Shown: positions 12,635 to 23,818, numbered from the stretch's first letter. The stretch is 64,000 nucleotides of DNA from an uncultured Gemmatimonadaceae bacterium (GCA_963790305.1 CAWBOC010000006.1:224001-288000); one strand, 5' to 3'. Program-made: numbers and translations. The notes: generated by a model not told the origin, from the sequence alone.

Positions 12635-12924
12635 CCGCGCATCAGGTTGATGTTGCGGAGATCGACGTTCTCGTGGTGCCGGAAGATGCTGATGATGATC
12701 GCCAGCCCGACCGCCGCCTCAGCCGCCGCGACGGTCATGACGAAGATCACGAACACCTGCCCCGCGATGCCATAGAGTCTCGACAGGGCCACGAAGGAGA
12801 GATTCACCGCGTTGAGCATGAGCTCGACGCACATGAAGATGATGATGGCGTTCCGGCGCGTGAGTACACCGATCACGCCAATGATGAAGAGAACGGCGGA
12901 GAAGAACAGCGCCTCCTGAATCAT
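12631..12924 (-). CDS. nuoK: NADH-quinone oxidoreductase subunit K
   Basis: MIQEALFF...RRN...[10 protein letters not shown]...[15 protein letters not shown] overlaps the nuoJ stop. Confidence 0.96.
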   Translation of the reverse strand: MIQEALFFSAVLFIIGVIGVLTRRNAIIIFMCVELMLNAVNLSFVALSRLYGIAGQVFVIFVMTVAAAEAAVGLAIIISIFRHHENVDLRNINLMRG

Positions 12925-13436
12925 GTCACTCTCCGCTTGGCCAGGATCACCGCCCCGACAATGGCGGCGAGGAGCAGCAGGCTGGTGATCTCGAACGCGA
13001 GCAGATACTCGCGGAAGAGGGGGGCCGCGACCTGTTCGATCACGCCCGACTCGAGCTGCTGCCGGGGAGGGACGGGCGCAGGAGCCGCATCGTCCTTCCA
13101 CAGCACGAAGACCTCGGCGAGCAGCAGCAGGCCGACGATGCCGGCGGCGAGCTTGGTCTTGCCGCCCACAACGTCGGTGACGTCGGATGCATGACCGAGG
13201 TTGAGAAGCATGACGACGAACAGGAACACCACCATGATCGCGCCGGCGTACACGAGCACCTGGATGGCCCCGATGAACTGCGCGTCCATCATCACGTAGA
13301 GGGCGGCGAGGCAAAACATCGTGTTGACGAGCCACAGCGCCGCCGCGACCGGGCTCTTGCGCGTCACGAAGGTCACCGCGGAAATGATCGCGATGACGCC
13401 GAAGAGATAGAAATGGAAGGTGTAGAAGAGACCCAT
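12921..13436 (-). CDS. nuoJ: NADH-quinone oxidoreductase subunit J
   Basis: [35 protein letters not shown]. Confidence 0.95.
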   Translation of the reverse strand: MGLFYTFHFYLFGVIAIISAVTFVTRKSPVAAALWLVNTMFCLAALYVMMDAQFIGAIQVLVYAGAIMVVFLFVVMLLNLGHASDVTDVVGGKTKLAAGIVGLLLLAEVFVLWKDDAAPAPVPPRQQLESGVIEQVAAPLFREYLLAFEITSLLLLAAIVGAVILAKRRVT

Positions 13437-13933
13437 CACTCGCCCTTCGGATCGGCCGGGTCCCACATCTCACACACCGGATGCGTCTGTGCGGTGAGAC
13501 GCTCGAGATCATACACGAACCCGGCACGACTGTATTCGGCGTTCTCGTAATGCCGACCCACGTGAATCGCCTCTTCCGGGCACACCTCCTGGCAATAGCC
13601 GCAGAAGATGCATCGGAACTCGTCAATCTCGTAGACGAGGGGATAGCGATTCCCTTCCTCATCCTCCCCGGGAATGAGCTTGATGCAGTTGGCGGGACAG
13701 ATCTGCGGGCACAGCCCGCACGCGACGCACTTCGCCTTTCCGGTCTCGTCGGTGAGCATGCGGTGCGTGCCGCGCCACCGCCGCGAGATCGGCTCTTTCT
13801 CCTCCGGATACTGCGTGGTCACCTTGTGGGGGTTGACCAGGTGCTTGAACGTCAGCGCCATCCCCTTGAGCGTCGCGCGAACGTAGCTCACCTGTTCCGT
13901 CGGGCGGGTCACGACCTTCACGCCGATTGCCAT
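13436..13933 (-). CDS. nuoI: NADH-quinone oxidoreductase subunit I
   Basis: Two CxxCxxCxxxCP motifs ([24 protein letters not shown]). Confidence 0.97.
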   Translation of the reverse strand: MAIGVKVVTRPTEQVSYVRATLKGMALTFKHLVNPHKVTTQYPEEKEPISRRWRGTHRMLTDETGKAKCVACGLCPQICPANCIKLIPGEDEEGNRYPLVYEIDEFRCIFCGYCQEVCPEEAIHVGRHYENAEYSRAGFVYDLERLTAQTHPVCEMWDPADPKGE

Positions 13934-15219
13934 CAGTCACCTCCCGGCGCGGCGAGAGGTGAGCGTGACCGCATCGCCCGCAGTCTGCGGAGCTGCTCGG
14001 CCTTGACGCGCCCCGAGGCCGGGCTGATGATGCGGCCGCTATCGAGAATCACGAAGAGAACGCCAGTAAGCACGAGGTTCAGGACCCCGAGGATGAGGCC
14101 GTACAACGCTCCCGGCCGCACGCCGAGCAGATCGAGAATCAGCAGTGTGCCGGCAATGAGCACGATGTAGACGAGTGCGACGGGAAGCAGCACGCGCCAA
14201 CCGAGCGACATCAGCTGATCGTAGCGGAACCGCGGCAGCGTCCACCGGATCCACATGTAGAAGAACAGGAAGAAGAGCACCTTCACGGCGAAGAACAGTC
14301 CCGTGAGGAGCGTCTTCCCGATTGACCAGGGCGCCAGGTTGTCCCAGAGCGTGAAGGGAATGTCCCACCCACCGAAGAACAGCGTTACGAGCAGGGCGCT
14401 CGCGGTCACCATGTTCGAATACTCAGCGATGAAGAACAGCGAGAACTTCATCGCACTGTACTCGGTGTGATAGCCGGCGATGAGCTCGGATTCGGCTTCC
14501 GGAAGGTCGAACGGCAGCCGGTTCGTCTCGGCGAAGGCGGCGATCAGGAAGATGATGAAGGCAACCGTCAGGCCGAAGAAGTTCCACACTGTGGTCGCCT
14601 GCTGCCAGATGATGTCGTTGAGCGCCACGTTGCCGGCGACGAGCAGCACCGCGATCGTCGACAGCCCCATCGCGATCTCGTACGAGACCATCTGCGCGCT
14701 CGAGCGCAGCCCGCCGAGCAGCGAGTACTTGTTGTTCGAGGCCCAGCCCGCCAGCACGATCCCGTACACGCCGAGTGAGGCGATGGCGAGGATGTACAGG
14801 AACCCGATCGGCAGCGGTGCCACGACCATCTCGATCAATCCCTTGCTCGTCGGCAATGGCGAGGCGAAAGGAATGACCGCGAACGTCAGCATTGCCGGGA
14901 TGAAAGCGAGTGCCGGCGCCATGATGAAGAGTGGCTTGTACGCCGCGTCGGGGTAGGTCTCCTCCTTCATGATGTTCTTCACACCATCGGCGGCGGGCTG
15001 CAGGAGCCCATGCCACCCGACGCGATTCGGTCCGTGCCGGTCCTGAATCCACGCCGAGACCTTTCGCTCGGCGAGCGTGAGCAGTGCGACACCGACCATG
15101 AGCACGGTGAAGACGATGATCATCTTGATGACCGTCGCGATCACGAACACCAATGTGGAGGTCGGTGGCGCCTGAGGATCCGCCACCTGCAGCAGGGCCA
15201 GCGCGAGCGACCAGCTCAT
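13933..15219 (-). CDS. nuoH: NADH-quinone oxidoreductase subunit H
   Basis: ERKVSAWIQDRHGPNRVG, AETNRLPFDLPEAESEL, RWTLPRFRYDQL. Confidence 0.97.
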   Translation of the reverse strand: MSWSLALALLQVADPQAPPTSTLVFVIATVIKMIIVFTVLMVGVALLTLAERKVSAWIQDRHGPNRVGWHGLLQPAADGVKNIMKEETYPDAAYKPLFIMAPALAFIPAMLTFAVIPFASPLPTSKGLIEMVVAPLPIGFLYILAIASLGVYGIVLAGWASNNKYSLLGGLRSSAQMVSYEIAMGLSTIAVLLVAGNVALNDIIWQQATTVWNFFGLTVAFIIFLIAAFAETNRLPFDLPEAESELIAGYHTEYSAMKFSLFFIAEYSNMVTASALLVTLFFGGWDIPFTLWDNLAPWSIGKTLLTGLFFAVKVLFFLFFYMWIRWTLPRFRYDQLMSLGWRVLLPVALVYIVLIAGTLLILDLLGVRPGALYGLILGVLNLVLTGVLFVILDSGRIISPASGRVKAEQLRRLRAMRSRSPLAAPGGD

Positions 15220-16775
15220 CGGGCACCCGCGGGCGTCAGCACCGGCAGGCCGCGCAATCCGAGCGAGTCGTACGACATGCCGCCGAACTCGCTGCGCCCG
15301 GCAGCTAGCGCGGCGAACACATCGCTGGCCAGGAAGTAGTTGCCCGGCTCGCCCATCTTCGCGAGCAGATCGCCAAGCACCCACCAGCTCGGCCGTGCCA
15401 TTCCCGGCGCGGCGCGCGCCTGCAGGAATCGCTGGACTCGTCCGCGGAGGTTGGTGAAGGTGCCTTCCTCTTCCACCATGTTGGCAATTGGGAGCACCGC
15501 GTCCGCCGTTCGCAGGACTTCGGGAAGGGCGGTTCCAATGACCACGACCGCCGCCGCGCGCCCGAGATCACCCATGGCGAGCACCGAGGGGTCGGCATCG
15601 ACGAACAGGAGGGCATCTCCACCGCGGAGCCCGGCCAGCGGGGAGTCCGACCGGCGGAAGCCGAGCAGCTCGGCGCCCTGGACGTTCGCCGCGCGATCGG
15701 CGCGAAGTGCGAGATCCTCGACGCCGACGAGCGGAGCCTCGGGACCGCGCTCGACCCGGAACGCTCCGGTTCCGTCCACCCGACCGAGAATGCGGGAGAC
15801 GAGAAACAGTGCCTCGTTCGACAGCGAAGGCGAGACGACGGCATGAATGCGCTTACCGGCCAGTGCCTTCGCGGCGGCAGCGATGGCGAGATCCCACTCG
15901 GCCGCCGCCAGGCGATCGCCATGCCTCACGAGCGGTGCCTCGAGGCGGTCCGTGCGATTCATCCAGCGATAGTTCAGCCGGCCGTAGTCGCACATGAAGT
16001 ACTTGTTCACATCCTCGTTGGACCGAGGACGCAGCCGCACGACCATGTTGTCGCGCGTCTCGACCATCATGTTGCAACCCTGCGTGCAATTGGGGCACAC
16101 CGATGCCGCGCGATCCAGCTCCCACGCGCGCGCCTTGTTCAGGAAATCCTTCGAGAGCAGGGCTCCCACCGGGCACAGGTCGACCACGTTGCCCGACCAG
16201 GGGTGTGTAAGATCCTGGCCCTCGAACTTCCCGATGACGGCGCGGTCGCCGCGCTCGCTCACATTGAGCACTGGATCCTGCGCGACGTCGTCCATGAAGC
16301 GGACACACCGAGTGCACAGGATGCATCGGTTGGTTACATACAGGACATCGCCGCCGAAGTCCTCGACGGGATTGAAGCGCTTCGGCTCGACGAGCCGACC
16401 TTCCGAACGGCCTTCCGCGAAGGTGTAATCCTGCAGCTCGCACTCCCCTGCCTGATCGCAGATCGGGCAGTCGAGCGGATGATTGATCAGCAGGAATTCG
16501 AGAACGCCCTTGCGCGCTTCGAGCGCCTTGTCGGAGTGGACGTGCACGACCTGCCCTTCCGCAACGGCGGTCGCGCACGCGGGCGCAAGCTTCGGCGCCT
16601 TCTCGACTTCGACGAGACACATCCGGCACACGCCGGCGACGGGCAGGCCGGGGTGGTAGCAGTAGTGCGGAACCAGGACCCCGGCAGCCTTCGCCGCCTC
16701 GAGGATCGACGTTCCCTCCGCCACCTGCACCTGACGACCTTCAATCGTCAGCGTGATCATCTTGGCTTCACTCAT
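15216..16775 (-). CDS. nuoG: NADH-quinone oxidoreductase subunit G (short form, ~519 aa)
   Basis: PHYCYH..CRMC, NHPLDCPICDQAGECELQD, RCILCTRCVRF, CPVGAL, CPNCTQGC. Confidence 0.93.
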   Translation of the reverse strand: MSEAKMITLTIEGRQVQVAEGTSILEAAKAAGVLVPHYCYHPGLPVAGVCRMCLVEVEKAPKLAPACATAVAEGQVVHVHSDKALEARKGVLEFLLINHPLDCPICDQAGECELQDYTFAEGRSEGRLVEPKRFNPVEDFGGDVLYVTNRCILCTRCVRFMDDVAQDPVLNVSERGDRAVIGKFEGQDLTHPWSGNVVDLCPVGALLSKDFLNKARAWELDRAASVCPNCTQGCNMMVETRDNMVVRLRPRSNEDVNKYFMCDYGRLNYRWMNRTDRLEAPLVRHGDRLAAAEWDLAIAAAAKALAGKRIHAVVSPSLSNEALFLVSRILGRVDGTGAFRVERGPEAPLVGVEDLALRADRAANVQGAELLGFRRSDSPLAGLRGGDALLFVDADPSVLAMGDLGRAAAVVVIGTALPEVLRTADAVLPIANMVEEEGTFTNLRGRVQRFLQARAAPGMARPSWWVLGDLLAKMGEPGNYFLASDVFAALAAGRSEFGGMSYDSLGLRGLPVLTPAGAR

Positions 16776-18088
16776 CAGGCCGCCGCGGCGCTGCGCATGG
16801 GACAACGCTTGCCGTTAATGTGCGCCTCGAACTCATGGCGGAACTTCTGAATGCCGGAGACCACCGGCGCCGCGCAGGAATCGCTAAGAACGCAGATCGT
16901 TTTTCCCGTCATGTTCTCGGACAGCTCGAGCAGTGTATCGAGATCTCCCGTCGTCCCTGCCCCATTCTCGATGCGCTCGAGAATCTTCGTGACCCAAGCC
17001 GTTCCTTCCCGGCATTGCGTGCACTGCGCGCAGCTTTCGTGCGCATAGAAGCGGGCGAAGCGGCCGATCATGCGCACCATGCACACGGAGTCGTCGAAGA
17101 CGATCACGCCGCCGGATCCCAGCATGGACCCATTGGCGACGAAGCCTTCGTAATCCATCACCGTCGCGTCGGCTTCCTGCATCGTCTGAATGGGGACCGA
17201 CGATCCGCCCGGGATCACCGCCTTGAGCGTATGACCGGGTCGGGCGCCGCCGCACATGTCGTGCAGAAAGTCGCGAAAGGGAAAGCCCATCGTCACTTCG
17301 TAGTTACCCGGTCGAGCAATGTTGCCGCACACCGAGAATAGCTTGGTGCCGGTACTCTTCGCGTTCGACAGCGACATGCCCTTGTACCAGTCGGCGCCGT
17401 TGGCGAGGATGTGCGGCACGGCCGCGAGCGTCTCGACGTTGTTGATCGTCGTCGGCTGACCGAAGAGGCCCGCGACCGCCGGGAACGGCGGCTTGATCCT
17501 CGGGTTGCCGCGGCGCCCCTCGATCGAGTTCATCATGGCGGTCTCTTCACCGCAGATGTACGCGCCGGCGCCCTTGTGGATATGGATGTCGACGCGCTTC
17601 CCCGTCCCCATCGCGTTCTTTCCGAGAATGCCATCGCGATAGGCTTCATCGAGCGCAGCACCGACGGTCTGTAACGGCTCCGTGAACTCGCCGCGGATGT
17701 AGATGTAGCAGGTCTCGGCGCCGATCGCGTACGACGCGATCGCACACCCTTCGATGAGCGCGTGAGGCGTCCATCGCATGATCTCGCGATCCTTGAACGT
17801 CCCCGGCTCTGATTCGTCGGCGTTGCAGCAGAGATAGTGCGGCTTGCCGTCGCCAGGCTTCATGAACGACCACTTGAGGCCCGTCGGGAATCCCGCGCCG
17901 CCGCGGCCGCGCAGGCCGGAGTCCTTTACGACACTCACGATGTCCGCCGGCGCCATGCCGAGCGCCTGCTCGAGGGCGCGATACCCGCCGCGCGCTCGCC
18001 ATCCAGAGAGTGTACGGGCCTCGGAATCGCCGAAGTGCGTCGAGAGCACCAGCGTTTCCCTCGAATGGCTCTTGTGCGGGAATCCCAT
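16775..18088 (-). CDS. nuoF: NADH-quinone oxidoreductase subunit F
   Basis: GLRGRGGAGFPTG, NADESEPGTFKD, GAGAYICGEET, ESCAQCTQCREG. Confidence 0.98.
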   Translation of the reverse strand: MGFPHKSHSRETLVLSTHFGDSEARTLSGWRARGGYRALEQALGMAPADIVSVVKDSGLRGRGGAGFPTGLKWSFMKPGDGKPHYLCCNADESEPGTFKDREIMRWTPHALIEGCAIASYAIGAETCYIYIRGEFTEPLQTVGAALDEAYRDGILGKNAMGTGKRVDIHIHKGAGAYICGEETAMMNSIEGRRGNPRIKPPFPAVAGLFGQPTTINNVETLAAVPHILANGADWYKGMSLSNAKSTGTKLFSVCGNIARPGNYEVTMGFPFRDFLHDMCGGARPGHTLKAVIPGGSSVPIQTMQEADATVMDYEGFVANGSMLGSGGVIVFDDSVCMVRMIGRFARFYAHESCAQCTQCREGTAWVTKILERIENGAGTTGDLDTLLELSENMTGKTICVLSDSCAAPVVSGIQKFRHEFEAHINGKRCPMRSAAAA

Positions 18089-18649
18089 TACTCCAGCTTG
18101 CTGAGGATGTCGGGAACGCGATCGGGCGTCACCGATTCGTGGAATTCTTCATTGACCATGACCGGCGTCGCGAAGCCGCAGGCCCCAAGGCATTCCACCT
18201 CGATCACGGTGAACTTGCCGTCCGGCGACGTGACCCCCAGCTCGCGAGTTCCCGTATGCTCGAGAAATGCGCGCACGACATCTTCGGCGCCACAGGCACC
18301 GCACGGGGACGTCGTGCACACCTGCACGAAGTATCGGCCCACCGGGTGCTGGTGGTACATGGTGTAGAACGTTACGACGCCTTTCACATAGGCCGGGGTG
18401 AGCTCGAGCATCTGCGCGACCTCGGTCATCGCTCCTTCACTGACCCACCCGCGCTCGCGCTGCACGATCCACAGCGCGGGAAGGAGCACAGCCATTTTCG
18501 TCGGATAGCGCGTGAGCAGCGCATCGAGCTCGGCGCGCGCGGCTCCGGTGAAGACGGGATGGTATTCCTGCGCCATGCCCGTGGCCGCGATCACCATGCG
18601 CCGCGTGACCCGGCGAGGCGTGCGCTGCGCCAGTCTCGGCGGGCGTCAC
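18088..18649 (-). CDS. nuoE: NADH-quinone oxidoreductase subunit E (probable +1 frameshift at ~18570 in a His-rich leader; alternative start MAQEY at ~18576)
   Basis: VVTFYTMY, CTTSPC and ECLGAC 2Fe-2S motifs. A GTG overlapping the nuoD stop reads MTPAETGAAHASPGHAAHGDRGHGHG, one base out of frame with QEYHPVF. Confidence 0.92.
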
Positions 18650-19960
18650 CGGTCGATCTCTCCCATCACGATGTCGATGCTCGCGTTGATCGCGATCACG
18701 TCGGACAGCAGGTGTCCCTCGACCATCTTCGGAATCGCGGAGAGATTCACGAATGATGGCGGTCGAATTCGCCAGCGCACCGGCTTCGACGTCCCATCGG
18801 ACACCATGTAGTACCCCTTCTCTCCCTTCGGGCTCTCGACCGCCACGTACGACTCACCCACGGGAGGACGCGGACCTTCCATCACCTGCTTGAAATGATG
18901 GATCATCGACTCCATGTCGCTCATTGCCTTGGACTTCGGCGGAAGCACGACGCGATGGTCGTCGATGTTGACCGGACCCTCAGGCAGACGCTCGGCCGCC
19001 TGCTGGAGGATGCGTACCGATTGCCGCAGCTCCTCCATGCGGACGAGGAAGCGATCGTACACGTCGCCATGGGTGCCGATGGGCACATCGAAGTCGTAGG
19101 TCTCGTAGTCGAGATACGGGAAGTCCTTTCGCACGTCGTAGTCGACGCCCGACGCGCGTAGCATTGGGCCCGGACAGACCATAATTGGTGGCTTCCGCGG
19201 CCGTCATGGCGCCAAGGCCGACGGTGCGGCCAACCCAGATCGCGTTTTTCGTGAGCATGCGATCGACTTCGTCGATCGTCTTCGGGAAGTTGGCGATGAA
19301 CGCCCGGAGTGCATCCATCCACCCGTCGGGAATATCCGCCGCCATGCCGCCGACGCGCGTGGCCGACGTCGTCAGGCGTGCGCCGACCCACGACTCGAGG
19401 AGCTTGTAGACGTTCTCCCGCTCCTGGAACGACCACAGGAAGGGCGTGAAGGCGCCGATGTCGATGCAGGTCGTGCCTAACCACACCAGGTGCGAGATGA
19501 TGCGCGAGAGCTCGGCGGCGATGACCCGGAGGACGGTGCAGCGCTCGGTGATCTCGATGCCGAAGAGACGCTCCGCCCCGAGGGCGAAGGCAACGTTGTT
19601 TCCAATCGAGTTGAGGTAGTCTTCGCGGTCTGTCCAGGGAATGATCTGATTGTACTGCCGATACTCCCCGATCTTCTCGAAGCCGCAGTGGAGATACCCG
19701 ATGTGTGGGATGCAGCGCACGACCGTCTCGCCATCGAGCTCGAGCACGAGGCGGAGGACGCCGTGCGTCGCCGGGTGTTGAGGGCCGATGTTGATCAGCA
19801 TATGCTCGCCGCCGAGCTCCGGCTCCAGCATCGGCGGCTCTTCCAGCGCAATCGCCGACCCGCTGGCATCCGTCACCAACGGCGTGCGCACGGGACGTCC
19901 GTGCTCATCGAGTCCGGTTGTGGCCAGCGCCACGTCGACCGTTCGCCTGGTGGTCGCCAT
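18646..19960 (-). CDS. nuoD: NADH-quinone oxidoreductase subunit D (+1 frameshift at ~19165-19168)
   Basis: GPQHPATHGVLRL, ELSRIISHL. Removing one base gives GLSGPMLRASG and continues to ESPKGE...SIDIVMGEIDR. Confidence 0.96.
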
Positions 19961-20661
19961 TATTCGCCGGTGCGCTCCCCTGCCTTCAATCGCTGCCGCA
20001 TGTCATCGGGCAGATCCTCGAATGCGTCGGCAATGGACAGCTCCTCCATGGAGTACCGCGCCTCGGGATTCGCCGCCAGCGCCTGACGAAGCTGCTCGGC
20101 GCGCGAGAATCGGCCGCGAAGCGGGAAGTCCTTTCGGAGCGGGAACCCCTCGCGATACTGCTCCCACATCAGAATGCGGCGCAGGTCGGGGTGCCCCGTG
20201 AACCGCACACCGAACATGTCGTAGCACTCCCGCTCGAGCCAATCGGCGCCGCGATACACCGGCCACACGCTCGCGACCTCGAGCGGTGTTCCCCTGGCGA
20301 GCTCCGCCTTCAGACGGAGAAAGCGGCGGCGCGGCAGCGAGCGGAGGTGCCAGACAACCTCGAGGGGGCGCTCGGGATCGCGGAACTCCACCGCGGTGAC
20401 GTCAGCGAGGTAGTCGTATTGCTGCTCGGGATCATCGTGCAGCCAGCGCACGATTTCGAGCAGACGCTCGCGCGCGACGTACACCGACGTTTCCCCCCAG
20501 ACGACGTCGACGCGACGAATCGCGTCCCCGAATCGCGCTTGCAGCGCGGCCGCCGTCGGGTTGGCCGATCCGCCTTGGCGAGGAACGTTATGCGGCGTGA
20601 CGGGCGCCGAGCCGGCGGCGCCACCGTCGCCCACGCGGGCGACAGGCGAGCTCGAAGTCAC
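19960..20661 (-). CDS. nuoC: NADH-quinone oxidoreductase subunit C
   Basis: [36 protein letters not shown]. Confidence 0.96.
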   Translation of the reverse strand: MTSSSPVARVGDGGAAGSAPVTPHNVPRQGGSANPTAAALQARFGDAIRRVDVVWGETSVYVARERLLEIVRWLHDDPEQQYDYLADVTAVEFRDPERPLEVVWHLRSLPRRRFLRLKAELARGTPLEVASVWPVYRGADWLERECYDMFGVRFTGHPDLRRILMWEQYREGFPLRKDFPLRGRFSRAEQLRQALAANPEARYSMEELSIADAFEDLPDDMRQRLKAGERTGE

Positions 20662-21278
20662 AATCCGGAGCGCGTCTGGTGAACGGAATTTCCGAACGGC
20701 TCCGACAGCTCGTCGATCGCCGCGGGTGGAATGTAGAGCCCACTCTCGGGATCCGGCTCCATCTCACGCCGGATCTTCTCATCGCCCATGTGCTCCTGCT
20801 TCACCTTCTCCTGCAACAGGAGGATCCCGTAAATCAGACCTTCCGGACGCGGCGGACATCCGGGCACGTACACGTCGACCGGAATGATCGTGTCGATGCC
20901 CTGCACCACGGCGTAGTTGTCGAACATTCCGCCCGACGAGGCGCACGCTCCCATCGAGATGCACCATTTCGGCTGCGGCATCTGTTGCCAGATGCGTCGG
21001 ATCACCGGCGCGAGCTTGAAAGGAACGCGACCCGCGCAGATGAGAACGTCGGCCTGGCGTGGCGAGAAGCTCATGCGCTCCATCCCAAAGCGCGCGAGGT
21101 CGAACTTGCTGGCGGCGGTTGCCATGAACTCGATCGCGCAGCACGCCGTGCCAAACGGCATCGGCCAGAGCGAGTTGGCGCGCGACCAATTCACGAGCGC
21201 GTCGAGCTTGGTGGTGACCCAGTTCTCGCCGCCCGTTGCTTCGACGGAGCGCGACTCGGGGCGCGGGCTCAATCCCAT
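20658..21278 (-). CDS. nuoB: NADH-quinone oxidoreductase subunit B
   Basis: [34 protein letters not shown]. Confidence 0.97.
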   Translation of the reverse strand: MGLSPRPESRSVEATGGENWVTTKLDALVNWSRANSLWPMPFGTACCAIEFMATAASKFDLARFGMERMSFSPRQADVLICAGRVPFKLAPVIRRIWQQMPQPKWCISMGACASSGGMFDNYAVVQGIDTIIPVDVYVPGCPPRPEGLIYGILLLQEKVKQEHMGDEKIRREMEPDPESGLYIPPAAIDELSEPFGNSVHQTRSGL

Positions 21279-21673
21279 TGCAGCGCTCCCTTCTTCCAGA
21301 CGTAGACGAAGCCGACGATCAGGATGGCCATGAAGACGAGCATCTCGACGAGGCCGAACATCGAAACCTGTCCGCTGGGACACACACCATTCGCGAGGGG
21401 AACCGCGCAGCTGAGGTTGCGGAAGTACGCGCCCCACGGAATGAGGAAGACGGTCTCGATGTCGAAGATGATGAACAGCATCGCGACCATATAGAACTTG
21501 ACCGAGAAGCGCTCGCGCGCTTCGCCGAGCGCCGGGATACCGGACTCGTAGGCGGATTGCTTCACCGGCGTGGGCCGGGACCGGATCGTCAGGTGCGAGA
21601 GCCCGATCATGAGAATCGCGTTGAACACGACGAATCCCATGAGCAGCAGGACCGGCAAATACGTGCGCGACAT
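21269..21673 (-). CDS. nuoA: NADH-quinone oxidoreductase subunit A
   Basis: [37 protein letters not shown]. Confidence 0.96.
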   Translation of the reverse strand: MSRTYLPVLLLMGFVVFNAILMIGLSHLTIRSRPTPVKQSAYESGIPALGEARERFSVKFYMVAMLFIIFDIETVFLIPWGAYFRNLSCAVPLANGVCPSGQVSMFGLVEMLVFMAILIVGFVYVWKKGALQWD

Positions 21674-21686
21674 CAGTCTCCGGACT

Positions 21687-21704
21687 TCGTGAAATTTTTC
21701 ACGT
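21687..21704. promoter_or_regulatory. Rex-type operator upstream of nuoA
   Basis: TCGTGAA-ATTT-TTCACGT versus the Rex consensus TTGTGAA-N4-TTCACAA; lies between a TAATAT -10 candidate (21724-21719, minus strand) and the nuoA ATG. Confidence 0.7.
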
Positions 21705-21744
21705 TCTCCAGTCGCCGAATATTATTGCGACGAGAAAGGCGATG

Positions 21745-21850
21745 GAAGGGAGGCCGAATGCGGAAGGCGGAATGCGGAAATCCGTATCGCCCACACCCCC
21801 GCTGAGTCTCCCCGAAGATCGTTCCGCCTTCCGCATTCGGCCTCCCCTTC
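21745..21850. repeat. Inverted-repeat element built of GGAATGC/GGAAGGC heptamers
   Basis: GGGAGGCCGAATGCGGAAGGCGGAA (21748-21772) is the exact reverse complement of 21822-21846. Confidence 0.9.
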
Positions 21851-21916
21851 CCCTGCGCGTTATCATTTCCCCGGCGCCCCATTGTCGCGCTCGACCACCT
21901 CCTAAAGTGCCTTATC

Positions 21917-22472
21917 ATGTCCATCAAGTCGGATCGCTGGATCCGCCGCATGGCGCGCGACCACGGGATGATCGAGCCCTATCGAGGACCGACAGGTCCG
22001 CAAGGGCGTGATCTCCTACGGCGTGAGCTCCTATGGCTACGACATGCGCGTCGCGCGCGAGTTTCGGATCTTCACGAATGTGCTGAACTCGATCGTGGAT
22101 CCAAAGGCGTTCGACCCGAAATCGTTCGTCGAGTTCGAGGGGGATGTCTGCATCGTCCCGCCGAACTCCTTCGCCCTCGCCCGCTCCGTGGAATACTTCC
22201 GCATTCCCCGGAAAGTCATGACGATATGCGTCGGCAAGTCGACGTACGCACGGTGCGGGATCATCACGAACGTCACGCCCTTCGAGCCAGAGTGGGAGGG
22301 GTACGTGACGCTGGAGATCTCGAATACCACGCCGCTACCGGCGAAGATCTACGCGAATGAGGGAATCGCGCAGGTGCTCTTCTTCGAGGGGGATGAAGAG
22401 CCGGAGGTGTCGTACAAGGACAAGGCCGGCAAGTATCAAAACCAGCAGGGCGTAACGCTGCCCAAGCTCTGA
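21917..22472 (+). CDS. dcd: dCTP deaminase (+1 frameshift at ~21981)
   Basis: [18 protein letters not shown] joins (F)[42 protein letters not shown]. Confidence 0.95.
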
Positions 22473-22490
22473 GACCGCCGGCCTCGAGTC

Positions 22491-22835
22491 CTAGAAGAAC
22501 ATGATCGCCAGCAGAATCAGCACGACGGCGATCCCGGCGATCGAGAGCCACATTGTCGTGCCCTTGCCAGCGGAGACCTGTGCGAGCGTTCCGGGGTTGG
22601 CCCGTGGTGAGCGCCGGCGGTCCTCGCCGACGTGCGCGCCATGATCAGCCACGCCCGGCGTGGCAGGCACAGCGTCAGCGCCCCCGAGGGCAGCCTCGTC
22701 GAGATTGCGCGGGACGGGACGATCAGCCGCAACGGGCCGATCAGCGGGAACCCCGCGGTCGGCCGGAGCCTCTGCGGGATACGTGCGATCGATCGGACGA
22801 CGCGACGATTCGTCCTGTGGTCTCGGTGCAGTCAA
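22491..22835 (-). CDS. Hypothetical small protein with a C-terminal TM anchor and (P/A)ADR repeats
   Basis: Within ORF 22491-22874; a GGAG RBS precedes TTG at 22835; ends MWLSIAGIAVVLILLAIMFF. Confidence 0.5.
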   Translation of the reverse strand: MTAPRPQDESSRRPIDRTYPAEAPADRGVPADRPVAADRPVPRNLDEAALGGADAVPATPGVADHGAHVGEDRRRSPRANPGTLAQVSAGKGTTMWLSIAGIAVVLILLAIMFF

Positions 22836-22975
22836 TGAGATCTCCAGTAGAGGTGAGCACCTCAAATGCAGCAACCGCGCCAGTGGAGTCTACGTGGTCC
22901 GGCTAAGCCCCGTCACCCCCTCCAGGCGCCCAAGGCCGAAAAAGGCAATCGTACAGAGGCGTAAAGAGACATGGC

Positions 22976-22998
22976 ACAGAGACACACAACGTCTCTGT
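22976..22998. terminator. Small hairpin downstream of sdhB, possible terminator
   Basis: ACAGAGAC-N7-GTCTCTGT. Confidence 0.3.
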
Positions 22999-23035
22999 TT
23001 CAACGGCCCGTTGCGCCATGACCGGAACGTCAGCC

Positions 23036-23818
23036 TCACATCTCGCCGGAGGACCCCACCCGCTCGTCCCGCCCGAACAGTGACGCCCGCAAGAAGTCCC
23101 GGTTCATCCGCGCGATGACGTCGATGCTAATGAGCTTGGGGCAGGCGTCCTGGCATTCCCCAATGTTCGTGCAGTTGCCGAAGGACTCCATGTCCATCTG
23201 CGTCACCATGCGCAGCACCCGCGCGGAGCGCTCGGGCTGACCCTGCGGCACGAGCCCCAGATGGGCGATCTTCGCCGCCGTGAAGAGCGACGCCGACGCA
23301 TTGGGGCACGCGGCGACGCAGGCCCCGCACCCGATGCAGGCGGCCGCGTCCATCGCCGAATCGGCATCATCCTTGGGGACGAGCACCGCATTCGCATCCG
23401 GGACACCGCCTGTCCGCGCGCTGATGTAGCCGCCCGCGGCGATGATGCGATCGAGCCCGCTGCGATCGACGACGAGGTCACGGACGACGGGAAATGCCCG
23501 GGCGCGCCACGGCTCGATGACGACCTCCTGACCGTCGCGAAAGCTACGCAGGTGCAGCTGACAGGTGGCGGTCCCGCCCACGGGACCGTGCGCGACACCA
23601 TTGATCATCACCCCGCACGAGCCGCAGATCCCCTCGCGGCAATCATGATCGAACGCAATGGGGACCTCTCCCCGTCCAATGAGCCGTTCGTTGACGACGT
23701 CCAGCATCTCCAGGAACGACATGTCCGGCGAAAGATCCGGGGCGTCGTACGTGACAAAACGTCCCTGTGACTGCGGACCCGCCTGGCGCCACACGCGCAG
23801 CCTGAGACGCATGGTCAT
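23036..23818 (-). CDS. sdhB: Succinate dehydrogenase/fumarate reductase Fe-S subunit
   Basis: [12 protein letters not shown] start overlapping the corrected sdhA stop; [36 protein letters not shown]. Confidence 0.95.
   Translation of the reverse strand: MTMRLRLRVWRQAGPQSQGRFVTYDAPDLSPDMSFLEMLDVVNERLIGRGEVPIAFDHDCREGICGSCGVMINGVAHGPVGGTATCQLHLRSFRDGQEVVIEPWRARAFPVVRDLVVDRSGLDRIIAAGGYISARTGGVPDANAVLVPKDDADSAMDAAACIGCGACVAACPNASASLFTAAKIAHLGLVPQGQPERSARVLRMVTQMDMESFGNCTNIGECQDACPKLISIDVIARMNRDFLRASLFGRDERVGSSGEM

Noticed and set aside
21917..22472. Programmed ribosomal frameshifting or pseudogene status for dcd and the other split genes
   Set aside because: No slippery sites and a uniform +1 pattern across core genes; sequencing error is more parsimonious.
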